DNA of 64,000 nt from Eledone cirrhosa (taxonomy: Eukaryota): positions 227,044,001 to 227,108,000 of the forward strand of contig OZ024742.1 of NCBI GenBank assembly GCA_964016885.1, in the 5' to 3' direction. How positions within the stretch are numbered: position 1 is the stretch's first letter; every line of letters starts with the position of its first letter. The notes under the pieces were generated by a model, which saw only the letters and a list, made by a program, of their open reading frames with translations, ran no database searches and was not told the origin of the DNA. A program made the translations under genes and the position numbers. Below are positions 26,895-39,262 of the stretch, piece by piece.

Positions 26895-27765
26895 TCATCA
26901 TCATCATCATCATCATCACTGTTTAACGTCCATTTTCAACGCTAGCATGGGTTAGACGAGTTGTCCTGTTTTGAGACAAGCCAGGTTGGATGACCAGATT
27001 TTACTCATGCAGAACTGATTTTGGCCTGGTTGCTGTGGCTGGATGCCCTTCCTAATGCCAACCACATTTACAGTGTGTACTTGGTACTTTTTGTTCTGAC
27101 ACCTACATGACCACTTTGCAGTGTGGGCTGGGTGCTTTTTGTCGTGACACCTCCACAACCACTTTACAGTATGGACTGGGGAGGAGGAGGTGCATGGGAA
27201 AGGGGGTGCAATGTTAGGACATGGGTGGGGTGTTATGACATGGGAGGTGTATGGAAGGGGTGATGAAGGGAAAAGTGACACATACTAGATGTATGTCTCA
27301 ACCCATGCACATAGGAAGGTGGGTCTTCTGTATTACTGCATAACGCCAGAGTCCTAGGCCTTCCTACTGTATTGCTTCCATCAACTATGCGCGTTCTGCA
27401 CCTTTTTATGTTACCCTCATCCTCCATACGCATCACATGTCCATACCAATGCAATCTCTTCTCTTGCACACTGCACCCAGTTTCTCTCTTAGTTCATTTA
27501 TGATTTGCCATTCATGTATATTACTATTACAGATCCATTGAAGCATGGACGCTTCATTTCTTTCCAATCTTTGCAGGTCCTCTGCACACAGTACACGGGT
27601 CTCACTATCATGTAACATTGCCGTTCGTAAGCATGTATAATACAATCTGCCCTTCATTTTGAGGGGAAATCCTTTTGTAGTTAGCAGTGGTAGTATCTCC
27701 CTGAACTTTCTCCAGTCCATTTCCACTCTGGCTACTGTGCTTTCGGAAACCCTCCTCCACTGCTA
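26895..27765 (-). mobile_element. Older frameshifted RTE LINE 3' fragment
   Basis: WRKFREILPLLTTKGFPLKMKGRLY and RLHWYGHVMRM in different frames; 3'UTR and (CAT)n tail. Confidence 0.85.
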
Positions 27766-28699
27766 ATATATTGTATATATCTTTATAAAAAGGAAGTTTG
27801 TTTGTTTACCGCTAATAACTCTAAATAAAATTGGTAATGAGGATTTTCATGTGTTTTCAGCTAATAAGACCTCTGAGATGCTCACAATTGATTTTTTTTT
27901 TTTTTTCTCGAAAAACGGATTGGGGTGACCCTTGGATTTTTCCAGCCTCAGAGATTTCTTCTGTGAGAATTATTTTCTTTCCTAGGTTTTTGCCTTTGTT
28001 TTCGAACGATCTAATATCTGATTCACTCACCAATGACTCCTTTTTCCAAAAACGGAGGCATGGAATGAGAAGTAACATATAAACACAGAAATTATGGAGT
28101 TGAGAAGCATATATAGACATGTGTTAACATAGAAGTGGAGTTGTATAAGTTTTATTGGGAAGTTGTTGTATACTTAATGGTCATAAATGAACACCTTATA
28201 ATAAATTGTTTGTTGAGGCATTTGAACCAGAAACATGGTTACAAAACAAATTACTTTACCACTCAACCACATGCAACCCCACAGGACCCCACAGGACCAC
28301 ACAGCCACACAGCCACACCAGACACCAGACCACTCAACACAACCACACTAAACCATAAAGTCAATACTTAATTGGTGCTACTGATCTCCCAGGTGGGCCA
28401 ATGATCAGTTAAATTGCTATATATTCACTCATCAATCATAACTGAACAGTTTGTATAATAGATTATGTCCTTTAAGTATCATTAATGTCCAATTATGTGT
28501 GTGTAACATAAATATCAGCAACCTATACCATCACTACCTCAATAATATATACCTGGAGAATGCTCTTGGGCATGCAGAATCCCAGGCTGCTTCATGGTAC
28601 CAACAAACCGAATGGGGAAAGCATTATCTTGGAATATAGTGAGAGATATGTGTTGAAATAGCCATCCAAACTTGTGGGGCTCATTCCTGCAGCTGGCCA

Positions 28700-28900
28700 A
28701 CATTGCCCCAATAGCAGTGAGTAAAGAGGTGGTTCAGGGACCCAGAATACCAGAAGACTCCACGACTATAGGCTCAATGACAAACCTATTAGAAAGTGGC
28801 TGATACTTCAGCAACTTGTTATCTTCAACTTGTCGAGCAACGATAGCTGGGTCTGTCACAGAATTCTTCATGTTGCTGCTGGCGGAAGTGTCAGGCATTA
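28700..28900 (-). mobile_element. Degenerate restriction-like endonuclease (REL) C-terminus of an early-branching (CRE-like) non-LTR element
   Basis: KLLKYQPLSNRFVIEPIVVESSGILGP resembles the K..KY..L....F.P.AVET.G.WG motif. Confidence 0.55.
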
Positions 28901-31506
28901 TGTCTGTAGTGGGATTAAAACTGAAACTAACGTAGTTGCAAAGCAAACTTCTTAACCACACAGTTACACATACTTTCAGCTGTCGTCATAATTTAACATA
29001 TGATAAGAGAGATTGTATAGTAGTTGTATAATGAATTTGCTATATATTCACTCAATGGTTATAAATGAACACCTTGTAAAACAGATTGTATTTGTTTTCT
29101 AGGTGAAGTACATTGTTCTTCAAGACACACAATATTCCAGTTGTATCAGTTTTAGTTTATACTGAAATGGCTTCTATTTTATTCAATAACATATCAAGAG
29201 AGATTATTCTATCTACAAAAATCTCAATTGTTGTTATTGTTGTTAATTGAAATATGGCACATATTTTCATGAAATTATTGTCGGTTTATTGTCTATTTTA
29301 CCTGTATGCATTAGAAAAGTATTATATATATATATACAATCGTCAATTTTCCATGTTTGTCATGTACTGAGGCTAGACAAGTCAGATGACTATGTCTTGT
29401 TCATACATTCCATACTTGGCTTAGTTTCTATGGCTAGATGTTCCCCTTAAAGCCAACTATTTTACAGCATGTACTTTTAGCATTTTATTGTGACTTTGGC
29501 TCTACCTTCTTACAGAGGGGAATAGATGCTTTTGAATGTGGTACCAGCACTACCACTTTACAGAGTGGGCTGGGTGCATTTTAGTCTAACACCAGCACCA
29601 TTTCATAACAACACTAAGGTGCTCGTCATGACTGGGCTGGGGGTATTAAAATGAGAGGGGGGGGCAATATGTGTGGGTGGGTGTATATATATGTGTGTGG
29701 GTGTTATAGCAGTTTTAGTTGACCTCTTAAGAGGTTGCATCTCATAAGTTTCTCAGGTGATTTAATATCAGGGGCCCCAGTCTTGTCATACACACACACA
29801 CACGTATATAGTTGCAGCTGACACTCATGGTTGTATTTCATAGGTTTCTCAGCTGTTTCTATTATAGTTGCTCTAGTTCTGTCATGAAAAGAACACAATA
29901 CACCACTTGATCCAGGAATCAAACTCATAACCTTATGTTTGTGGGTATCTGTGTTAAAATAGGTATACCATATCCCTTTGTGTTGTAAATTGCAACTAAA
30001 AGGGTAGATACCAGGAAGAGCATCTGGTCGTAAAACATTGCCCCATAAGGGCCTCATGATGGGTTTGAAACCAGTCATAAGACTGCAAGGTTTATCTCTG
30101 CTTTAACAGAGAAAATGCCTAATTACTCAGTATACTCTTGTTAGAAACATGCTCAGAAAAGTTGATAGCAACTGAATCAAAATTGTTTCTGGTACTGTAA
30201 AACAAAACCACCGATTTTAAAGGGTCTTCTTCACCCACTTATTCCTGAAAGGGTAATGAAGGCAGAGTCCTCAAACACTCCTTCTAGTGGGTCCTGTCAG
30301 AAGCAACCGTCTCCAACTGATCCAGCTGGATCCCCAAGCGTGACCAGCCAAGCTCATGGATGTTATCCAACCATCTTGCTTGGGGTCTACCCCTGAATTT
30401 CCTGTCGGTTGGTTTCGCCCTCAAAATCTGTCCAGCGATTCTTTTCTAACCACATGCCCATAGTATCAGAGCTGTGATCTCTCAATTCAGAGAAGTAACG
30501 GCTCTACCTGGAGTGACTCTCTGATCTCCAAGCAACACACTCTATCGAGCAACGTTACTCCAAAGACCCTTCGGAGGAACACGATTTTGGCTGTTTATAT
30601 TTATGACGTATTCTTTCCGTCATTATTCAAGATTCATAACTAAGGGTTGGCAGGAATTCCAAATTGAAGATAGCGAGTATGGCTTTTATGCCTACCTCCT
30701 TTCTTCTGATTACTGAATGCTGAAGCTGGCGCATTACTGCACCAGCTCCTGCAATTCTTGCACTTAATTCAGCCTCCTGCCTTCTATCACTCGTGAACAC
30801 AGCCGAGATACTTGAACTTCTCTACCTGCTTCAGTGGAACTCCATTCACATGTAGAGTGCACTGCACAAGCTTTCTTGAGAGGGTTCCTATTTAAATTAA
30901 AATGTTCCAATATAATTTTATATAACTTACTATTTTAATAAAATTCTTCATTAATTAATTGAAATAGGGTATATTTCATTAGAAATGAAAGGGTTAAGAA
31001 ATCATCATCATCTGTCATCCGTCTTTTTTGCTAACAAGGGTTGGCTGAGCCTTCACAGACCAAGTTAGTATTCTAGTGGAGCTGCCACTAGATGGATCGA
31101 GGACCCTCATCTTGTTTACATACACTCCCATATTCTATCAAGTATATATTATTGTGGCACCAGCACTAGGGAGGTTGTCATGTCTTTGACACAGCTGTAG
31201 AGTCCCCCTATCCTAATCCCCCCCTTTTTTTTTGCAAGTTTTCTATGATTGTATGCTTTTCCTATCACCATCCACAGAATGTACTGGCTGTGTTTTGTCC
31301 AGTATTTACCTAGCATACCATAACAAATAAAGATGAATGTGTTAACAAATCATTTAAAGTTACTTTTTGTCTACTGAAATATGTGAGTGTTGCCAAGGGT
31401 AGGTATTGTAAAAATATATTTGAAGTTTGAACAACTACTTCACCAATATGAAATGTTAATAATAACTAGGTAAAGTAGTGTGTGTGTGTGTATGTATATA
31501 TGTGTG

Positions 31507-31555
<49 letters not shown>

Positions 31556-31570
31556 GTTTGTGTGTGTGTG

Positions 31571-31657
<87 letters not shown>

Positions 31658-32043
31658 ATATAAATATATATATACACACATACATATATATATATACATA
31701 CATACATACATATATACGCATACATACACATATAAATAGGTAGGTAGATAGATATTGATATATAGATAGGTAGGTGTATATTTATAGGTTGGTAGATATA
31801 TTATTGTTAGCTATGTAAATAGGTGTTGTATATGTATTGTTAGATATATAGATATGAGGTGTTAATAATATCAAGGTCGTCTATTGTGCAAGACTGTAAA
31901 AACTGTTAAAGTATGTGGGATTTGTTAAGTTTAGCAAGAAACTTATTGTTGGAAATAATTCAACATTTAGAGATACTTATTAGTGTGTCTGTATGTATAT
32001 CATCATCACTATCAACACACACACACACACTATATATATATAA

Positions 32044-32385
32044 TGGAGGCACATGGCTTAGTGGTTAGAGCATTGGCCTTGCAATCAAAAGGTTGTGAGT
32101 TCAATTCTCAGACTGGGTGATGTGTTGTTTCCTTGAGCAAGACACTTTATTTCACATTGCTCCAGTTCACTCAGCTGTAGAAATGAGATGATAGGACTGG
32201 GGTCCATATCATTCCACTGCAAAGTGGTCGTGGAGGTGACACGGCAAAAAAAGCACCCAGCACTCACTGTAAATGAGGTTGGTGTTAGGAAGGGCATCCA
32301 GCTGTAGAAATCAAGCTAGAATCAGTTCACGTCCCACCCTTGCAAGCAGGGAAAAAGCGGACGTAAAATGAAATGATGAAATGAT
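32044..32385 (+). mobile_element. tRNA-headed SINE with RTE-derived 3' tail (family A); other copies at 6705-7079, 38852-39183 and 43925-44299 (all -), related head at 10545-10680
   Basis: A box TGGCTTAGTGG, B box GAGTTCAATTC, body CCTTGAGCAAGACACTT; tail matches the RTE 3'UTR (CACTGTAAATGAGGTTGGTGTTAGGAAGGGCATCCAGC). Confidence 0.88.
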
Positions 32386-33229
32386 GATATATATAGTAAT
32401 AATAATAAATTTGAAGACTAAAATCCAAAGAGGGCTCGATAAGCAGCTGTTCTTTGCTTAAACTTTAATCTGTTATTTTAATAAATATATATATATAGTA
32501 ATAATAATAAATTTGAAGACTAAAATCCAAAGAGGGCTCGATAAGCAGCGGTTCTTTGCTTAAACTTTAATCTGTTATTTTAATAAATATATATATATAT
32601 ATAGCAAAATGGTGACAGGTACAAACAAAAAGTCTGCACTCATCTCGTTGACACGAACATAGACAGTTTCAACTCCTACCAGCAGTACTACTGGCCTATC
32701 TCAGATCACAGCATCTGACAAGTATAACCATCAAGAAAACGCATATGACCTTAAAGCACTAAAACCATGAGGACCTCCAGAGGTTGACTGATGAGAAGGG
32801 ACTGTCCAATGTTTCGTCCATTTTCTCATTGTCTTCACCCACCTTTTTTATTCATTTTATTTATTTTATATGATCTTAGCCGCGTAGGATCCTTTTCAAA
32901 TTTATGTATGTATATATATATATATGTGTCATCATCATCATCATCATCATCATTTAACGTCCGTGTTCCACGCTTGTATGGGTTTGGACGGGGGTTTTCC
33001 CACTTGAGGCAAGAGTGATTGTCTTGCTTGCATAGGACTGTCTGGTGGGTTTTCTACAGCTGGATGCCCTTCCTAACACCAACCACATTTACAGTGTGGG
33101 GCTGGGAGGTTTTTACCGTGTTGCCTGCACGGCCACATTACAGCGTGGACTGTGTATGTATGTATATATATATATATATATATTATATAAAATTAACAAA
33201 GAAGCCTTTAATACATTAAAAATCTTTAT

Positions 33230-33274
33230 TTGCTGACAATGTTTCATCCTATTAATTAGGACTCATCAGAGCAA
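33230..33274 (-). ncRNA. Canonical type I hammerhead ribozyme motif
   Basis: UUGCU-CUGAUGA-GUCCUA auuaa UAGGAU-GAAA-C auu G-UC-AGCAA; all core nucleotides present, GUC triplet. Confidence 0.85.
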
Positions 33275-33684
33275 GGAAAAAGACAAGAAATATCATCGGC
33301 TAGAACAAGCCAAAATTCAGAAGAATAGCGAATGGATATTTAGGAAAATTTAGGAAAATTATCATGGAAAGACATGTTAAACCTAATGGGGTGCATTTGT
33401 AAATAAAAACTATAGAGCAAGAGAGCAAGCAAACATTAAACAAACCCACGTTAATAGTACAATATAAGTCTAATACTTGAAATACAACATAGTAATATAA
33501 TGTGAGAAATAAGATATAAAAATTATAATATAATATACAATACAATACAATACATAATACAGAAATAAAATTTAATATATATATATATATCTACACGCAC
33601 TCCGACACATATATATACACACATATACACATTTACACATACACATATTAACACAAATATATAAATATTTACACTATTGTAAAC

Positions 33685-33882
33685 AGTAATATTGTTGTTG
33701 TGGAGGTCCCAAATATGGCCAGAAAGTGCTGTAGCATGTCGCCGGGCCGGGTTTCTAAATTAACCGGCTGCGAGTTTAAGACCCGATACTACTAACACCA
33801 ACATTCATTTAGAAATCCGGCCCAGCGACACGCTACAGCACTTTCTGGCTATATTTTGGACCTCCACAACAACAATATTACT
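33685..33882. repeat. Fold-back with 76-bp imperfect arms (MITE-like)
   Basis: 33685-33760 versus 33807-33882. Confidence 0.8.
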
Positions 33883-34149
33883 TATCATCTAACGTGGAGC
33901 CTGCTTTCCAAGGAAAAATTTTACTTGGGAGGATGCCATCCGTGCAATTTATGCTCAGAGGAACCGATCCAGATGCTGTTTGCAAAGGACTAATTGTTAA
34001 ACAAAAAGGATGAACTTGTTACCTCGTGTAAACACAGGACTTATCTTACCTTATATAGGACTTATCTTACCTTCAAAGCTCCTCACGATCTCGGCTTTAT
34101 ATCCTTTCCAATTACAAACTATGATAGAGGAAACCCCAAGCATCCTTAG

Positions 34150-34750
34150 GTAGAATTTTTTCTTTGTTATTTACACTTTCTAAATATCCTTAGGCGTATC
34201 TTTTGCATATTTGCACTAATGTAAACAGTTCCTAATCTTCCTTAAGTACTTACGGAATATTTTCACTCTTGCTAAAATATACATATAGCCCTTTGGAACC
34301 GACCGAATAGGTAGCTCTGATACCTGACTAGACCTATTAATCATAGTTTAAGCAGGATGCACAAATTTACTCGTAGGCATTACTGGACACAGTATACTGA
34401 GTTAACGTGTATTGGCATACAAACTTATATTATATTAGCGCTGACCTGTTAAAGAAACCTATTAGCCAACCTTCAATATTTTTTTCCTTTTGCTGTTTAC
34501 CAATAGCTCTGAAATACATGTTAAATTGACATTTTCAGGCTTTTTGAGGAAGTTACTTTGCTATAGAATCTTAACTAATTTACAACAGTACCAGAGAAGA
34601 GGTGATTACTACTACCTTTAAGACTAAGGGTGTATTTTCTTAGGGTGTTTGAATATAAAGGAAAAAATAAGTAAATTAGTGTATGAGGTGCCATTCCTGG
34701 GCCTCATAGTAAATGATAACTAGATTTCTTCGTGAGGAGCTGAATTAGTA
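34150..34750 (+). pseudogene. Possible highly decayed Gypsy/Ty3 RT remnant
   Basis: EPTE*V at about 34296 and EVPFLGLIV at about 34685, with spacing compatible with a deleted RT; otherwise full of stops. Confidence 0.35.
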
Positions 34751-35340
34751 ATAAAATGTAAATGCTTGGCTTTGTAGCCAAGTGTTAGATAAGGCAAACT
34801 TAACATAAATACTCTCTTTGACTTATATATGACAAAAATATTTTTTTTCTTCGTTTGTTTTTTATCCCTTTGAATTGAAGTTTAGTACAATACCGTTTCT
34901 ACAGATTATAAATAGTTGTATCGGATATAATCTCTCTTAATGCCATGCGTGTGTGCGCGCCTGACTGGCTTTGCTTCTTCAGGTCAGTCTGCCTTCTTCC
35001 TCCTTGTATTTCGGCCTGTTTAGCTCCCCACCACCATGAAGGTAGTAAACTATATACATGACATCCCAGATCACCGACCACTCCCTGTGAAAGACAAGAA
35101 ACTTTTAAGATTTTTTTCTGTTTTTGCTGTGACTGCATGCCCATATATAGACTGCACCCCTTGAGAAGTTCAGCTAGGTACCCGCTGTTCTAATACTGGT
35201 GGCTTAGTTCGGATCTAGCTGTCAAAATGGCCGGAGCTCAGCCGTGGGGGTCCTGAATCTTTTCATATTACTCTACTACCCCAAGTATCGAGTACTCTAG
35301 TGCATTATGGTCCACCTGGTATCTTACCACACCCTCCTTG

Positions 35341-35408
<68 letters not shown>

Positions 35409-38189
35409 CAAGGTCAACAACAGTCATTAAAAAGTAAAATATAAAAACAAACAAGGAAAATACTATACAATGAGTATTGTTATAGTTTAATGTTTGAAGG
35501 AAATTAGTTTTTCATGTTCCACATGTACTCTCTCTCTCTCCATTCATTTTTCAATGGTGGCATACGATGGATGGGGTTATCGCAGACCAAGTTAGTAATT
35601 AACTGGAGTTACTGGGACCCTGCATCTCACACCCATTCCAGGTATTGCATAGTTTCTAGAGCTGGATGACCTTCATATTATCAACTTCTTTAAAGAGTCT
35701 ACTAGGTGCATTCTATTGTGGTACTAGCACTGAGGGGGTTGTCAGATCATTGATACAAGAATCTCCTCTCAATCATAGTTTCTACAGCTGCATGCCCTTC
35801 CTATTACCAACCACCTTTTAGACTGTTCTGGGTGCGTTCATTTTGGCACCAACACAAATAAATTGCTCTCAGTACACTTTGTAAAGTGTTTGACAATTTA
35901 ACAGAGGATAGAGATTTAATCTTTTTCTTGTCAAGATTATCTAGTGCTGATGGTATAATACACCCTGTACACTCTGTAAAGCGATTGATGTTAGGAAGGG
36001 CATCTATGGAAATAATGCCAAAAAAATGTTGAGAGGGCTTTTCAACCACACTATGCTTGTGGCATGGTAAAATGCACCCAATACACTTTGTAAAAATTGG
36101 TATTGGAGGGGCATTTAGTCAGAGAAACTGCCAAAATTTGGAATGCACAAGTGAGACATGGTTTTCTGATCCATCTAGGATAGCAATAGCTCTGAATATG
36201 TACTGATTAGGAGGGCAATAGTTCTGAATATGTACTATAAGGGCAATAGCTCCAAATATGTACTCACTCAGACAGTACTAACTAGAAGGGCAGTAGCTCT
36301 ACATAAGATCTGACACATAGCTTAACGACCCATCCAACCCATACTATCATGGAAAGTAGGCATAAAATTATTATTATTATTAATTCAACCAACTGATTTA
36401 TTGGAACCTTCAAAAATTTTGTGTTGATATAATCAATTTTCTCCTCCCACAAATTGCTGCCCTTGGCCTAAATTAGAAATCATTACTAGAACCTTCATTT
36501 ATTACTTTGGGAAACTGGTGTTTTAAATATCAAAAATGAGGAAAAGATTAATTTAATTTCTGCAAAGAAATTAGCTCCCCTCCTTCCAAATTATATATAT
36601 ATATATATATATTTATTCTGCAAGTAACTAAACCATATCTGCCAGAAAGGCTTATGTTTAAGAAGCTCATTAAATCTAGGTTTGTTTTCTCATTTGATTT
36701 GCAAATATAAAAGTATAAATTAAAGTTACATAAGCAATTGCATTTAAATATTGTCAGCTGGTCTAGTTGGTCGAGACAACATGGAGTTGAAAGGACTCTT
36801 TTGTCACACTAAGGACTTGATATCCTCTTTAGTGCTAGTACCACAATAGAATGCACCCAGTACCCTCTGTAAAGTGGTTGGTGAATGTTTGGAGATATCA
36901 TACTGAAGAATACTCTAACTTCCTACTGAAGACATAACTACCTCTGCTGGTGCTATAATAATGTACACTCCAAAGAAAAAAGAAAAAGCCAAAGTTAGTT
37001 TTTATTTGAACTGTAACAACTTGTCCAACCCATACCAGTATGGATAGCGAATATAAAGTGATGATGGTGATAAGAGTGGAAGAGTGTAATATTGAATCCC
37101 AATATTTGTATTGTTTGTGAGGTAGATGCAGCATGATTAAAAACTTTTCTTCACAATCATTATGTCCTGAGTTCAGTCTCACTACATGGTATCTTGAGCA
37201 AGTATCATTTATCATAGCCTCAGGTCAATCCATGCCTTGTGAGCGAAATTGGGTAAATGAAAACTGTTTGGAAGTTGATTGTATGAGCTGTATATATATA
37301 TATTTCAAATGGCCAGCCTTGTTACACATTGTATCATGTTGAATCTCCCTGAGAACTATGTTTTAACATGTTTCTCGTATCTGTGTAATACTCAACAACT
37401 TACATGTTAATTTCATGAACAGATTGTTCTGTTTATGGAGCAACAAGGACATTCCACTGTCTACTACGTAATCAATAGTCTTGTGGGTTTTTTTTTTATT
37501 ATTTAGTGTGTTGTTGTTGTTGTTGTCTTTATATTTTTCCTTGTAAAGATCCAATCTGTGATCAATGGATGTTTGTTGTATATGACTGCCTCACAGCTAT
37601 TCCCCCACCCCTCATAGCTGCTGCTGCTGCTACCTGTTCTTGCTAATTCTTTTCAGCTTTCTAAAACAAATCAACAAAAAATTCCATTTCTATTGTTTCC
37701 CATTAAATTGTTCTTCCTGGGGAGTCCCAGACAATGAAACCACAAGCTGGATAGCTGGCAGGTTGGCTGGTTGCTGACTCAATAAATAGCTGGCTGGCGT
37801 TTTTATTGCTGCCTTCATTTAGTATTGATCTTATACCCCGTGATTTTACTACTTGCCTCTTTGTTGACTATATTTTCTTCTTTATCTCTCAGTCACTACC
37901 ATTTATGAACATTTCCTTAAGTTTATCCACTTATTTTTCTTTGATTTGTGTGCTTTTTGTCAACTTTTTAATATATGTTAAATGGAGAATTGTAGATTAA
38001 AAGAAGTATCTTGATTTCAAGATGGATGGTGGTTTATCCTACCTTTATAATCAATACAACTGTAATATTTTGATTTTCATCCACCGCCCCTGGCCTAGTG
38101 ATTCGTGTATAAACTCTCAATCAAAAGGCTGTGGGCTTCATTTGTGTAAAGTGTTGGTGACACAATAAAATGCACTGAGTACACTCTGT

Positions 38190-38778
38190 AAAGTGGTAGT
38201 GAGGAATCATGCCAAATAGTGAGTATATGAGCAAGATGAGGTTATCTCAGAATCTAACAATCCTTCCCCAAGTTTATTACGCAGAATATTCTCAACTCTC
38301 TCACGAGATATGCTAATAGCATTAGGTATTTGATTTATAGCCAATTGCCTACCATCCATCACCCCGTGGTGAACACAATCAACATTTTCCTCAGTGGTGA
38401 CAGTTCCAAGGCATCCAGACTTTGGGTCATCTACAAGACTTTCCCTTTCCCGCTTAAATTTAGCTGCCCACTTTTTCACTGTTAATAAAGCTGGAGCACC
38501 ATCCCCTAATATAGCAACCATGTCAGCATGAATGTCCTTGGAGGTTAAACCTTTTTTCTGCAGGTACTTGATAACACCATGATGCCAAATTTTGTCCATT
38601 TTCAAGAAAAGTTAATACTAGTTACTTTTAAAGTCTCCTTTGAACTGTCAGGTGTCAGTTTACCTGGAAAGAAACAATGCAGTTATTAATAAGAGTTAAA
38701 ATTAATGCATGGAAGATTTCACAGCTCTAGCATCACTCCTTTATAATCAACCTATGAACTTATCAGCCCACCCTCATA
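38190..38778 (-). mobile_element. Mariner 5' half: TIR plus the N-terminal HTH region of the transposase (pseudogene)
   Basis: GVIKYLQKKGLTSKDIHADMVAILGDGAP...VKKWAAKFKR.RESLVDDPKSG; TIR tatgagggtgggctgataagttc. Confidence 0.85.
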
Positions 38779-39262
38779 TATGTGTGTGTGTATGTTTGTG
38801 TGTATATATGTGTGTGTGTGTGTGTGTATATATATATCATCATCATCATCATCATTTCATTTTACGTCCGCTTTTCCCTGCTTGCAAGGGTGGGACGGGA
38901 ACTGATTCTGGCTTGATTTCTACAACTGGATGCCCTTTCTAACACCAACCTCATTTACAGTGAGTGCTGGGTGCTTTTTTTGCCGTGTCACCTCCACGAC
39001 CACTTTGCAGTGGAATGATATGGACCCCAGTCTTATCATCTCATTTCTACAGCTGAGTGAACTGGAGCAATGTGAAATAAAGTGTCTTGCTTAAGGAAAC
39101 AACACATCACCCAGTCTGAAAATTGAACTCACAACCTTTCGATTGCAAGGTTAATGCTCTAACCACTAAGCCATGTGCCTCCATATATATATATATAATC
39201 AAGGTTTAGCAAATAGAGAAAAAGTTTTAAAATAAATTTTAAACAACATAATATACATGGTG

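Noticed and set aside
32044-32115. tRNA genes at SINE heads
   Set aside because: A and B boxes are present, but the acceptor and anticodon stems do not pair and the sequence continues into the SINE body.
34960-35020. CTGAAGA and GAAA on the - strand as a hammerhead
   Set aside because: No consistent stems II and III in any topology.
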